From positions 24,242,001-24,306,000 of the forward strand of contig NC_043000.1 in the NCBI RefSeq assembly GCF_006345805.1: DNA of 64,000 nucleotides, written 5' to 3'. The notes beneath the pieces are model-generated. The model did not search any database, was not told the origin of the DNA, and was given only the letters and a program-made list of their open reading frames with translations. Both the position numbers and the translations under genes were made by a program. This document shows positions 38,444-51,989 of the stretch, in pieces. This DNA is from Octopus sinensis. Lineage: Eukaryota. Each line of letters begins with the position of its first letter. Positions within the stretch are counted from its first letter, which is position 1.

Positions 38444-39780
38444 CTGATGAAAAATAGACCGGGGAAGATAATAAAAGAGAAAAAAAAATAAGGACAAGCA
38501 ACTGGAAAAAGCTACTCCAACAGGAAGATTTTAGGCAACACAAATTACTACATCTTCTTTTTTCATTCATTTTTGTTCGTTTTTTTCTCTGTAATTTGCA
38601 TATTTTTTGTTGTTAATATTGTAGTTGTGGTTGTTGTGGGTGTATACTATTTTCAGTGTCACCTTTTAAAATCCTGTTTGTTTTATGGTTAGTGGAGAGT
38701 AGGTAGATCAATAATGAATGAACTAAGTGAACTAATAAAAATACAAAAAAACCAAGTTGTGAAAAAAAAAAACTAATAACAATGGTTATAAGAACTCATG
38801 GTAGAAAGACCACATCAAGATTTAAAACAAAACAAAAAATAAATAAAACAATTCACATAAAAATAAATAAGAAAAAATGGAAAAGATTTATTGTGAAATT
38901 TATTTGAAAATGATTTCTACAGGAAATGGTTTTGTCAACTTGACAAGACTAATTCTTTGAGTATTTTGTTTTCAAAAAGCTATCTAAGAATTTCAGTCTC
39001 ATCAGTTAACACAACCATTTGAAATGATCTTTATTTTTACATACGTACAACCACATTTTTCTATATATTTCTCTGTGTATATGTGGTGTGAGATTTCAAA
39101 AGAACAGTATCATACTTTCAGCTATGGTGTATCATACTAGATAGATGGAGCAATTGATCACTTAGAAGTTTTACATTGAAATTTTTAGATGAATGCTATC
39201 CTTTTATTTTCTTTTAAATTTACTAATAGAAGTGAAAATATCTTAATGCAACAAATAATTAAAACTGTGTATTCTATAAAGCAAGGAAGAAAGCAATGGT
39301 GGAGAAGGTGAGCTATTGTTTAAAGCATTATTGGGGGAGAGAGAGAAACGTGGCAATGTAGGAGAAATGAAAAGGAGAGTTGCATTGATGGATGAAGAAA
39401 AGTTCTGATAATGAACAAAGAAAGGAATAATATCTCAAATGTGGTTGGTTTAAATGCTACAGACATTAGCCAATAAAAAGAGTAACAAGAAACAATTGCT
39501 GAAACCACAAAATTTAGCACTAATTATAATGAGACAACAAAAACTAAATTGATTACAAATGATCAGTGAAACTGATAAAGCAATTTGGTAAGACAGCAAA
39601 CAAGAAGCCAATTTCAAGAACAAAGTCAGAAATGGTTTAGAAGAATAAAGTCTGAATCAAAATATTTTCACAGAAAAAAAAGGGGGAAAAGGTAAAATCA
39701 TTAAAATTTCCCAAACAAACTAATTAAAAGTTAAACTACAGTGAAATACATCGTCTATGTCTACTCTAAGGATATAATTA

Positions 39781-40020
<240 letters not shown>

Positions 40021-40513
40021 TCAAATTATTTGAAATCCAAATCAGCACCATCATCATCTTCATTATCCTCATCCTCAAATTTTTAACAATTTTTTTCCAT
40101 GCTGCCATAAGTCTAATATATTGCCTGGTATTTCCTTTCTTTGCCATCTTTGATGCCAAAGAATTAGAATTTCCTTTCACTCTTATTCTACAAACTTCCA
40201 CTGTCAATGCACACACACACACACACACATAGAGCAGTGATGCATAACAGGAAATGGATGTGAAACACCAGCATGAAAACTATATAAATGATGCTATAGG
40301 AATGAAGATTTTTTTTGAGATTCACTGCATTAACATTCTTCTTACATCTGCTACAAGAAATGCAGTATATCAGTGATGGTCTCGTTGTTAAAAACCTATA
40401 ACCAACACCTGAGCAGGACACTGAAATTTGCTGGTAGGGGTTCAAACCCAGGTTCAAAATTATTTTTACATACAATGTTGATTTAAAAAAAAATCTTAAT
40501 ATCAATATAAAAC

Positions 40514-40544
<31 letters not shown>

Positions 40545-40554
<10 letters not shown>

Positions 40555-40975
40555 TGAGAAGGACTGAGAGAGAGCAATGGTGAGAGAAATGTGTGGTGTG
40601 AGGCTGTTTGATAAGAGGAGGACTGAGGACTTGATGGGGATGCTGGAGTTGGAGGAATCGATGGAATGGCTGGCAAGGGCAAATGGAGTGAGGTGGTATG
40701 GGCATGTGTTGAGGAGGGATGAGGAGTATGTTCTGAGGAGGGTGCTAGAGTTTGAAATGAATGGATAGCGAAAGCAAGATAGACTGAGGAAAATGTGGAG
40801 GGGACAGATGGAGGAGGAGATTGGGAGGGTTGGCTTGAGACGAGAGGACGCCCAAAACCTGGCGAGATGGTGTGAGGGCGGTCGCTATGGCATTGAGGTA
40901 GATCTGGCCACCCCCATTAACGGGGACAAAACCCAGATTCAAAATGATGGATACTGATGATGATGACAATAATAA
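40545..40975 (+). mobile_element. RTE LINE 3' fragment (second family)
   Basis: Translates MVREMCGVRLFDKRRTEDLMGML...RANGVRWYGHVLRRDEEYVLRRVLEFE, followed by a 3' end cggggacaaaacccagattc and a (GAT)n tail. Confidence 0.85.
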
Positions 40976-43900
40976 TAATAATGGAGGATGAAGATGATAA
41001 TAATAATAATAATTTCTACTAAAGGTGCAAGTCCTGAAATTTTGTGGCAGTAATATTTCAAATCAGTCCAAAAATATTTCTATGCTTGTTCATTTGGTGA
41101 CAAAATTTTTCAGGAGGACGTTCAAAACATTTTTATTTACCCACCCTCAAATTTTAGAGGGTACCTTTGCATCCCCTGTTCCCAAACCAGTGAAGCAACT
41201 GTACTATTTACTGTACATAGAGTGTAATATCAAACATTGATTAATACCATTTGTGCATTAGAGGTGGTTTACTGCAAATTTTGGGAAAATGGTAAATTCT
41301 ACCTGTTGCAGTCTAGTTACGCTTCAAATTAGGTACTGACAAATGTATCTTTTTAATAAAAATCAATAAGAAACAAAGAAATAGTTCTAATCAAGTTACT
41401 GCCACAGTTTTCTCAAATTCTTGGGCACAAATGTGGCTGTGATGGGTGTGAGCATGTTTGTACAATTTACTGCAATCTTTATCTGCTTCTCAGCTACTTC
41501 CACCCTAATATAATGTGAGATAGTTATGTATCTCCTTTATAACAAGACACTTGTGCTTGTCCCACTATCATACTACAGCCTCTCAATACCTGCCATAAAG
41601 AAGTCTCATCCTTTTAAATCTATTCCCTTTTAATTGAAGGGACATTTTTCTGTCTTGCAACTTATTTGGCAACTTCACTGGTGCTGGTGGCATAAAAAAA
41701 AGCATCCAGTACATACTGTATAGAGTAGTTGGCATTAGGAAAGGGCATTCAATTGTAGAGACCATGCCAAAGCTGATAATAGAGCTTGCCAGATCTTGGC
41801 AAACCATCTAACTCATACCAGCATGGAAAACAGGTAATAAATGATGAGACTTTTGGAAATATGCTGTGCTTGAGAAGACCCAGCAAGCCAAATGAGGCCA
41901 TAACCGCGTGGCCTATGCCAGGGGTGTAACCAGCCCACTTATGCGTACCTTTCCTTTGTTGGACACTAAACTCTGCTTGTGAAGACCTGTTGTGGCAAGT
42001 GAAATTGAAATCAAATTTGATGACTGGCATCCATGCTTGTGGAGCGCTAAGAGCACCATCCAAGCGTGATCATTTCCAGAGCAGCTGACTGGCTTCCATG
42101 CCGGTGGCACGTAAAAAGCACTATTTGAGCATGATTGTTACCAGTGTCACCTTACTGGCACTTGTGCTGATGGCATGTGAAAAAACCATTTAAGCGAGGT
42201 TGTTGCCAGTGCCACTAGACTGGTTCCTGTGCAGGTGGCACGTGAAAAACACCATTTGAGCGTGGACATTGCCAGTACCACCTGACTGGCCCTCGTGCCG
42301 GTGGCACATAAAAGCAGCCACTACACTCTCGGAGTGGTTGACGTTAGGAAGGGCATCCAGCTGTAGAAACTCTGCCAGATTAAGATTGGAGCCTGGTGCA
42401 GCCATCTGGTTCACCAGTCCTCAGTCAAATCATCCAACCCATGCCAGCATGGAAAGCGGACGTTAAACAATGATGATGATGATGAATAAACTGGTACCAA
42501 ACTAGCAAGAGTAAAGTACTGGCTCTTTCATAGTTGTCTAGTACTTGACTTGAACTGAGATCCTTATGTTGCAACTGAATCAATTACACAAAATTGACTG
42601 AAATAATTTCACAAGATGTCAACATTTTCTTTGCAAACTTGCAATCTCATCACAGTCACAGATCTGACGTTCCATGATATCAGTCATCTTTACTGATCAA
42701 AAATAAATAAAATATTTAATTCATATCTATTTGTTACTCCTCCCTGCATTAATTTTTATATTTTCCATTGTTACTTGAATAAACACAAAGAATAGTTTTA
42801 TCATAGAGTTCTAAAGCTTTTGTAGCTCCATTCTTCCTCTATGACTTTTGTTTATTTTTAAAATCTAAATAAATTTTACCTCTTTTTAGATGTATGAAGA
42901 TGGGGAAAAAAATAAAAGAAATGAATGACTTTATCTGATAATTTAATTATTCTGTTCTGGAATCTTTGTAAGAAACCATTATCTACTTTAGGCAGATAAT
43001 GGTTTCCTTTTTTTTCCCAGTCATTCTTTGTTCTTATGATGATGTTTTTTTTTTTTAATTCCAGTTAGGAACTTTGCATTTACACTAAAGCTTGCCTCTC
43101 CTATGTGAATGATAATCATCATTATTTTATTGTCCACTTTTTCATGCTTGCATGGGTTGGATGGAGTTTATTAAAGCAGACTTTCTACAACTCTTCCTAT
43201 TACCAATGTTCAACTGCTTCTAAGCAAAGTAATGTTTTCCCATGGCCAGACATGTCTTTGCAGAAGACTGGAAATGAATGAAACTACTTGTATGATAGTG
43301 ACACTCATTTACAACTATTACGTGATATGACAAGGAGATACAAGCATATACATACTCATACACACCACCAACCAAATCTACTCATGAGCCTTTGGTCAGC
43401 CTGGTGCGGGGGGAGTTATTAGAAGACACCTGCACCTATCACATAACCATGCTTGCTAAGAGAAAACCTTGGCAGCAACTTAATTAGAACAAGAAATTTC
43501 CTTTTCTTTTTTATTGATTTTAAAAGAGGCAACACATTTGTTTTTACCTAATTTGAAGCTCAGATAGACTGCAACAAGAAGAATCTACCCTCTTTCCAAG
43601 GTTTATAGTAAACCACCAGTAATACACAGAACACGTAACATTTTCTGCCATTTGGCTATCATCAACTCGTTGCTGTAATGTCGTCATTAACAATTAACAA
43701 TACTCTGGCATGCAATATTGCAAAGATAGATGTAGAGAGAACCTCACACTTGACAGGAAACAAAACAAAAGCAAGCTGAAATATATATGTATGTGCTGAC
43801 TCAAATGTCTTTAGAATGCATTTCCTTTCACACCAATGTAAATATAAACTGCCAAGTTGAAGCAGAGAGGCTGTGAAGTTAACACACAAAGCAGAACAGT

Positions 43901-44468
43901 CACTGATTTTTTTTAGAAAGTTTATTTGTTTAAGAAATGCCAACATGGAGCAATAGCAATGTAATAGGTTTTGGTTCTTTCTGAAAAGATTCTGATAAAA
44001 TTGAAAGGGCTGGCTTGTTAATGCATCTATCATGGCTCCAACTCACAAGAAAAGCTGCAGGCTAATGAAAGACTCGGCATTTCCATGGTACCACTGCTTA
44101 CAGCAGTTTCCCATTCACAATGTTTTTGGTTAGGTAAACTGTATTCACTGACAGTGTTATGGACTATTGGGATTTTGTGTGAAGAAGATATGATGTCAAT
44201 AACTAGGCTACAGGGATAGTGTGGAATAAGATGGTTGCGCAAGTAGGAATGTATTTAATGAATTAATGCCCAGACTAATGTGGGAGAAATGTGAACAGGG
44301 AAAAAAAATTCATTAGTTCTTTTCTTTTTATTCCATTAACATTTTCCCATGGCTATACAGGTTTTGATTAGAAAACTGGAAATGAACATTGATGATGATG
44401 TTTGCTTACAACCATCACATGATATCTAGATGAGGGTACACACAGACACTACTCTTTCTCTCTCTCTC

Positions 44469-44527
<59 letters not shown>

Positions 44528-46018
44528 TCTTTTACTTGTTTCAGTCATTTGACTGTGGCCATGCTGGAGCACCGCCTTTAGTTGAGCACATCGACCCCCA
44601 GGACTTATTCTTTGTAAGCCTAGTACTTATTCTATCGGTCTCTTTTGACTCAAATCAAATACAACAAACTACACCAAATCATAATTAGAGTATCTGCATA
44701 AGTAAAGTCTAGACCAGCTAGTTTGTACTGGCATTGAGTCATATAAGTTATGCATGACAGGTTTCTCTCAATTTCTCTCTACCAAATCCTTTTACAAGGC
44801 ATTGGCCAGCCTGAGGCTATAGTAGAAAACACTTGCTCAAGGTGCAATGCAGAGGGACTAAACCTAGAATCCAATTGTTGGGAAGCAAGCTTCTTAACCA
44901 AAAAGCTATGCTTGTGCCTAATTTGCTGTGCTTCAACCAGAAAATTGAAAATAAAGGATAAACCTTTGAGGGAAGGACAGGGGGAAAATTATTGGTACAG
45001 GGTTTGGGAATTGATCTACAAAAAGACAGAAGGATGAGATGAATAATCTTGCATTGATAGAATGTAGAGATTTGATTGAAAGGAACAGTGACCATTTTAC
45101 TAATGATGATGGAAAGAAGGTAAGCAACAGATATCTTAGAAGATTGGAGATTGGGCATAGTTCCTGCTAGTAAGATTCAAAGTTTTTGATAATATCCTAT
45201 AGTAACAGAGAAATAGTGTGAAAGTAAATTTATTACTATAACGACATTTGAATCAGTGTATTTAAGACACCATCAATTATTAGATGAAGGACCAAATAAC
45301 CACAACAAATTAGTTAAGAAAAAAGCATGCTTTAAGGAAAAATATAAAGTGAAAAAACATTTTTTCCCCTTCACCACAAAAATATTAGTCTACAGTTGGA
45401 TCTTATCCTTCCTAAAATAAATCAAAGCCCTAAATAACTAAATCCATCCACAATCATACAATGGAATATATTACTAAAGCAAATATTTTATGGCTGGTTG
45501 CCATAAATACTATAGTATTAATGAATTAAGAACCAGTGGGATAGAAGTGTCTTCTGATGGCTACTACATAATTTCTAAGCTCCATATACAGTGGTAAGCC
45601 TTTTATCTTTGATACATCAAGATTTTGGAGTGTTCAATGTATGTGGTAATTTAGAGCCATTGATAAGAACGAACTATTATATTCAGTATTTCTTTACTTT
45701 CAATATCAAATTCCATAAATTTCTTTGATAAATATTAAATCTGAATTTATGCCCACCTGCTATCCTCCTTCTTATTAAGAGTAGGCTTCAGTCTTGCATG
45801 TTACACAATAACTTTATTAGTGAAAAAAAAAAGGCACCGAGAACACTTTATAAAGCAGTTGGCATTAGAAAGGACATCCACACACAGAAATCAAGTGAAA
45901 ACTGAGCAAGATGTGGTCCTCTGAGCCAGTGGATCCTGTCAAAGTATCCAACCCATGCTAGCATGGAAAGCAGACATATGCTGTTAATGCTATTGCTGTC
46001 CAGTCTGTCTGACTTTAA

Positions 46019-46484
46019 CCCCACAGATACCAGCCTGCCAGAAACTACTTCTGGCTCTCTGGTACAAATGTCTTGTTTTCAAAAGTTCTGAATTAAAATC
46101 TTCCACCAAACCTTAGTCAAAATTTATGTTCCTAATACTAGCTTAATAATAACTAAGTTATTTTACTAAATTCTTTTTTATATTTAAAATTAATGGAAAG
46201 AAACACAGAGCATCTCACCAGAAATATGGTAACAAAAGGGTGAACAAATGATTAATTTAATCCTTTCGTTACCAACCCAGCTGAAACAGGCTCTGGCTCT
46301 GTAGTACAACTGTCTTGTTTTCATAAGTTTTTAATTAAAATCTTCCACCAAACCTTAGTCAAAATTTATGTTCCTAACACTAGCTTAATAATAACTAAGT
46401 TATTTTACTAAATTCTTTTTTATATTTAAAATTAATGGAAACAAACAAAGAGTATCTCACCAGAAATGTGATAAAACCAAAGGG
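46019..46484. mobile_element. Two tandem copies of the piggyBac-type MITE (46019-46240, 46261-46484)
   Basis: Both copies are co-linear with 51768-51989 and have TTAA-like flanks. Confidence 0.85.
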
Positions 46485-47014
46485 TTAAGCAATATTCAGG
46501 CATTAATTAATTCTTGTTTGATTAGGTGAGCTTTTCATATGTCACTATTAAATATTTGCTCAACTATCTCTAAGCTACAGATCTGGTCCCTATTTTAAAA
46601 ATAGGGAGTTTTTTGAAGGATACTTCACTGCTACACTGAGTTGCCAACTGAAAAGTTTCCTCCTTATTTCTCCATACCAATCAGTTATTTCAGGAAAAGA
46701 GTCTGTTTCTAGGAAAGATTTACATTTCATTTGCCTAACACTACAGAAACAAATTAGGTTCTTATTAAAACAAAATACTGTTTGTTTCTACACATTTACG
46801 ATAATATATAGAAGAACATCGTGCCGGTGGCACGTAAAAAGCACCCACTACACTCACGGAGTGGTTGGCATTAGGAAGGGTATCCAGCTGTAGAAACACT
46901 GCCAGATCAGACTGGAGCCTGGTGCAGCCTCCTGGTTTCCCAGACCTTGATTGAACCGTCCAACCCATGCTAGCATGGAAAACGGACGTTAAACGACGAC
47001 GACGATGATGATTG

Positions 47015-47285
47015 AAATCAATCCTGACACCTGGGAAATGCAAGCACAGGACTGCCCTGCCTGCCGAAGCTGCATCAACAGAGGTACCACCTCCTAAAAA
47101 CAACAGGATTGCAGGGGCACAAAGAAAACGCAAGTCCAGAGCTAACTCCTTGCCTTCAGTCCCTGCAGACCACTGATGCCTGACATGTAGCAGAACCTTC
47201 AGAGCATGCATTGGATTGATTGATACACTATGTCCCGTCTTCTCCCTTGATCATCGCCAACAAAAATGGAAGGACTAATAAAAGT
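47015..47285 (+). mobile_element. RTE-type LINE C-terminal remnant
   Basis: Translates EINPDTWEMQAQDCPACRSCINRG*...CLTCSRTFRACIGLI, the typical RTE C-terminus with a terminal C2H2-like motif. Confidence 0.7.
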
Positions 47286-47407
47286 TGCTATTTTATTATT
47301 TGTAAGAAATAGTAAAAGACAACAAGGTTAATTGGGAAACAAAGGAAAGGTTAAAAGGTGAGAGAAAGAAGGGGTTACAGTCCACTGACACATACCAATG
47401 AACTCAC

Positions 47408-47536
47408 CTATTGTTGAGCCTGCCTTGCTTACAGAGGAAATTATCACAAAGCCAAATCCTTCATGTTCTCTACGTGTTACAGTCACATCATAAGGGTAAC
47501 TTTCTGATACACCAGCAGCTCGGTAAAAGGGTTGTT
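47408..47536 (-). CDS. MAGI: MAGI exon B: N-terminal part of PDZ4
   Basis: Acceptor tctcttccag|AA and donor ATAG|gtgagt; 129 nt, phase 1-1. Translates (E)QPFYRAAGVSESYPYDVTVTRREHEGFGFVIISSVSKAGSTI(G), the MAGI PDZ4 signature PYDV...R.E.EGFGFVI.SS. Confidence 0.95.
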
Positions 47537-47736
47537 CTGGAAGAGATAAAAGCAAGAAAAATTAGATACCAAACATATGGGATGAGAAACAAATGAAGTG
47601 AGCCATCAAAAGTTTACAAATCATACACAGGGATAAATATTTTTAGTTTCTTAGAACAATTTGCTCTTCCTTTGACTTTTCTTTATGCATGTATTTTGCT
47701 AAGTAGTCTTTCTAAGAGAAACATATAGAAAATATT

Positions 47737-48194
47737 CTTTTCTACTCTAGGTACAAGACCGGAAATTTTGGGGGAGGAGGCCAGTTGATTAGATCAACCC
47801 TAGTACACATCTTAGTACTTAAATTATCGACCCCAAAAGGATGAAAGGCAAAGTTGGCCTTGGCAAAATTTGAACTCAGAATGTAAAGACAGATGAAATA
47901 CCTATTTCTTTACTACCCACAAGGGGCTAAATACAGAGGAGACAAACAAGGACAGACAGACGGATTAAGTCGATTATATCGACCCCAGTGCGTAACAGGT
48001 ACTTATTTCATTGACCCCGAGAGGATGAAAGGCAAAGTCAACCTTGGCAGAATTTGAACTCAGAACGCAACGGCAGACGAAATACTGCTAAGCATTTTGC
48101 CTGGCGTGCTAACGTTTCTGCCAGCTTGCCGCCAGATGAAATACCGCTAAGGATTTTGCCTGGTGTGCTAACATTTTTGTCAGATGGTTACCTT
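47737..48194 (-). mobile_element. Nested family-A SINEs
   Basis: The outer copy has an 18-bp TSD AAACATATAGAAAATATT (47719-47736, 48195-48212). It is split by an inner copy (47902-48132) with a 12-bp TSD CAGATGAAATAC. Confidence 0.85.
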
Positions 48195-48654
48195 AAACAT
48201 ATAGAAAATATTATTTGATTAATGACTGGCTAGAAAATGATAGCATTTAACCAAGAACAATGTTTTTCAACCAAAGAGAAAAATTAAATGAGTAGTATCT
48301 AACTTAATGAAAGAGCTATTTCTGAATATATTTAGTAATGAGAGATTTTACTTTATTTTTTTGTTTTTGTTTCGTGTATTTGTATTTGGAGTTTTTGTTG
48401 ATTTATCTAATTTTCTATGGTTGGAGTGGCCATGACATATTTAAACATTTCCATATTACTACAAGTACCTAAACTCTTATCCAAACTCTTGGGACCATGC
48501 AGGGTTTGGAATTCAAAATTTGGAAATGGTAGTATAGTATACTCATTAGGTATCCATTTGATTATAACTCTCAGCTCCTGACACCAACTTTGGAAACAAA
48601 ATTCTGGTTTGTATATGTCTCGGTCATAGGATGAACTTAAGTTTTGAACCCATG

Positions 48655-48905
48655 GGATACTATTTACATTATTTACATTTGACGGATATTTGTCCTCATC
48701 TTGTTTGTTGTTAACACGTTTCAACTGATATATCCTCTAGCCTTCTTCAGGTGTCTTGGGGAAATTTCGAACCTGGGTTCTCATTCCTAAGGTATTTTTC
48801 GATGTTATTATTATTATTATTATTCACGTCACTGCCTGGAATCGAACTCGGAATCTTGGGGTTAGTAGCCCACACTCTTAACCAGTACGCCATATGCCCG
48901 TGAGC
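48655..48905 (-). mobile_element. tRNA-headed SINE ending in a Penelope-type hammerhead-like tail
   Basis: Head GGCGTACTGGTTAAGAG...GAGTTCGATTCC, then (AAT)n, then GACAC-CTGAAGA-A-GGCTAG...CAGTT-GAAAC-GTGTT. Confidence 0.65.
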
Positions 48906-49534
48906 ATAGGGATACCTTTACTATGTAAGTGATAGACCTAGCCAAGTAGGGCATGAAGACATTTTTACCAGCTTACCATAATTATGATGAAAATATCACT
49001 GGTTAGCTTAGGATGATGTAAAAATGCACATTAAACGAGACACCTATATATCAAACTCTTTGTAAAACATATGTAAACACAACCACGTGAAAGTATTGGA
49101 GAGTACTGTTTATTTGCATTATACTGGGTCTCTAGCCACAGAAACAATGCCAAAGCAGACAGCAGAACTTGGCAAAGTCTTATGACTTGCCAGTACCTGT
49201 TAAACCATCTGACCTATGCCAGTATGGAAAACGGACATCAGATAATGATGATTTCATATTCTCAGAGAAGGATAAAAACTATAAACAATAATACAGTTTA
49301 TTTGTATAGTAGTAAACTGGAACATAAACTGAGATAAAAACAGCTCATAAAATTACTAGTGTATTTTCCATTCCCAAGTAAAATTTCAAACATAAACGGG
49401 ATTGAGTGGGAGTCATGTTTGGTGTCAAATACAAGTTTTAGTGTGTATACATTCTCTACAAAAAAAGCTTTAATTTTTTGAAATTCCAATTCAAAGATTG
49501 TGTAGCTGTACTAATATTTCAATATGAACAAGGC

Positions 49535-49870
49535 CAGATCTGGGTTCAGTCCCACTGCGTGGCAACTTGGGCAAGTGTCTTCTACTATAAACTTGGGCCG
49601 ACCAAAGCCTTGTGAGTGGATTTGGTAGACGGAAACTGAAAGAAGCCCATTATATATAAATATATATATGTGTGTGTGTGTGTTTGTCACCTCAACATCG
49701 TTTAACAACTGATGCTGGTGTGTTTATGTCCCCGTAACTTAGCGGTTCAGCAAAAGGGACCGATAGAATAAGTACTAGGCTTACAAAGAATAAGTCTTAC
49801 GGTCGATTTGCTCGACTAAAGGCGGTGCTCCAGCATGGCCGCAGTCAAATGACTGAAACAAGTAAAAGAG
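49535..49870 (+). repeat. Family C: tRNA-like SINE with an internal (TG)n tract. Further copies at about 24710-25030(-), 33920-34225(+), 34260-34500(-), 35750-36110(-), 44525-44910(-), 50709-51015(+) and 54410-54810(+)
   Basis: Shared core gggttcagtcccactgcgtggcaccttgggcaagtgtcttctactatag...ggatttggtagacggaaactgaaagaagccc. Confidence 0.85.
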
Positions 49871-50365
49871 AGAAAAAAAAGATAGAAAGATTCTAGACAA
49901 CTAAATCATTCTCTTCTTAAAAAGGTTGGATACATTGGATAAAGTTGTCTGGAAAAATAGATGGCTGGGTCACGGTTGGAATAACTTTGATCATAGATCT
50001 ACTCGTTTAGGGCTGAGCTGAAGCTAAACAACAACTTTTGTAACTGTATGGACTGTCACAAGAAGAATACTCGACACTAAAACCCTTTACTCCAAGATGA
50101 ACAATCTTGTAGGTAATATAAGTATGTTACATTAAAACTACTGAGAAAACCTTTCACAGAAGTATTGTTAGATAGCAGTAAACAACAACATAGAAAGGCA
50201 CGATTATTAGAGCATGATGTTAGGCTGTGTATGTTTTTGCTTTTGCTGTGCACATGCACTGTTTTGTGATAAAATGTTACATTTTATTTATGCTAGAATC
50301 CATCTCAAGGCCACAACAATACAATTATTAACATTTCCAACATAACAAAAATCAGTTTTCTAACA

Positions 50366-50706
50366 GGCGAACTGGCAGAAACGCTAGTGTGCCGGGTGAA
50401 ATGCTTAGCAGTATTTCATCTGTCTTTACATTCTGAGTTCAAGCTCCCCCGAGGTCGACTTTGCCTTTCATCCTTTTGGGGTTGGTAAATTAAGTACCTA
50501 TTTCTTTACTACCCACAAGGGGCTAAACACAGTGGGGACAAATAAGGACAGACAAACGGATTAAGTCGATTATATCAACCCCAGTGCGTAACTGGTACTT
50601 CTTTAATTGACCCCGAAAGGATGAAAGGCAAAGTCGACCTCGGCGGAATTTGAACTCAGAACGTAGCGGCAGATGAAATACCGCTAAGCATTTCGCCCAG
50701 CGTGCA
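50366..50706. mobile_element. Two abutting family-A SINEs in opposite orientation
   Basis: A plus-strand copy at 50366-50498 runs directly into a minus-strand copy at 50496-50706. Confidence 0.85.
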
Positions 50707-51395
50707 TAGCACCTTGGGCAAGTGTCTTCTACTATAGCCTCGGGCCGACCAAAGCCTTGTGAGTGGATTTGGTAGACGGAAACTGAAAGAAGCCCATCGT
50801 ATATATGTATATGTTTGTGTGTCTGTGTTTGTTCTCCCAACATCGCTTGACAACCGATTCTGGTGTGTTTATGTCCCCGTAACTTAGCGGTTCGGAAAAA
50901 GAGGTCGATAGAATAAGTACTAGGCTTACAAAGAATAAGTCTTAGGGTCGATTTGCTTGACTAAAAGCGGTGCTCCAGCATGGCCACAGTCAGATGACTG
51001 AAATAAGTAAAAGAGTAGACAATGTCTTGGGACTGATGCAGAGCAGTTGGATGACAGGGCAGGTTTGATATCGTAGTAGCTGATACTGTAGTAACAGAGA
51101 TGATAAAGATGATGATGATGATGAAAATGATGCTGATCGTGATATCTGCCATGATTATTTTAGCACCAAGAGACAGATGAGATGACAAGTCAAAGTTAAA
51201 TTACAAAGTATCATTATATTAGGAAAAAAAAAATTCCCCAAAGCTGTCAATATTGAGATAAGAATTATCTAAACAAATATTAGAACTTTGATAATTGCAT
51301 GCTAAAATTCTGTTAGTCTATTTGTAGAGAGCAGAATATGGTCTTTGTATGATTGGTTGGGATATATTACTACAACTAATATTCTACAACACTAA

Positions 51396-51607
51396 GGCGG
51401 CGAGCTGGCAGAATCGGTAGCATGCCAGACGAAATGATTAGAGGTATTTCGACCATCGCTACATTCTGAGTTCAAATTTCGCCGAGGTCGACTTTGCCTT
51501 TTATCCTTTTGGGGTCGATAAATTAAGTACCAGTGAAACACTGGGGTTGTTGTAATTGACTAGTCCCCAAGCCCCAAATTTCAGGCCTTGTGCCTTTAGT
51601 AGAAAGG
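51396..51607 (+). mobile_element. Family-A SINE
   Basis: Starts GGCGGCGAGCTGGCAGAA; 15-bp TSD ATTCTACAACACTAA at 51381-51395 and 51608-51622. Confidence 0.85.
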
Positions 51608-51767
51608 ATTCTACAACACTAACACAGAATAAATGACAAAGTAGGGAAAATGACAGGTTTTTGCTGTCGTTTAGTCCAAGGCCATCCTTAATTTTATGAT
51701 CAGAAACATACCTGCTAAGACTAATCAGCCTTAATTTTTTTTTGTTTCTCAGGTATCATGTACTTAA

Positions 51768-51989
51768 CCCTTTTGTTACCAACCCAGCTGAAACTGGCTC
51801 TGGCTCTGTAGTACAAATGTCTTGTTTTCATAAGTTTTGAATTAAAATCTTCCACCAAACCTTAGTCACAATTTATGTTCCTAACACTAGCTTAATGATA
51901 ATTAAGTTATTTTACTAAATTCTTTGTTATATTTAAAATTAATTGAAAGAAACACAGAGCATCTCAAAATAAATACAGTAACGAAAGGG
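51768..51989. mobile_element. piggyBac-type MITE
   Basis: TTAA|CCCTTTTGTTAC...GTAACGAAAGGG|TTAA. Confidence 0.88.

Noticed and set aside
43620-44300. Mixed-composition stretch suspected to be a transposase remnant
   Set aside because: I could not recognise any catalytic motif or terminal repeat in any frame.
46765-47211. 148-aa minus-strand ORF close to exon B
   Set aside because: It is an antisense read-through of an RTE remnant fused to a family-B repeat, with no splice signals or PDZ similarity.
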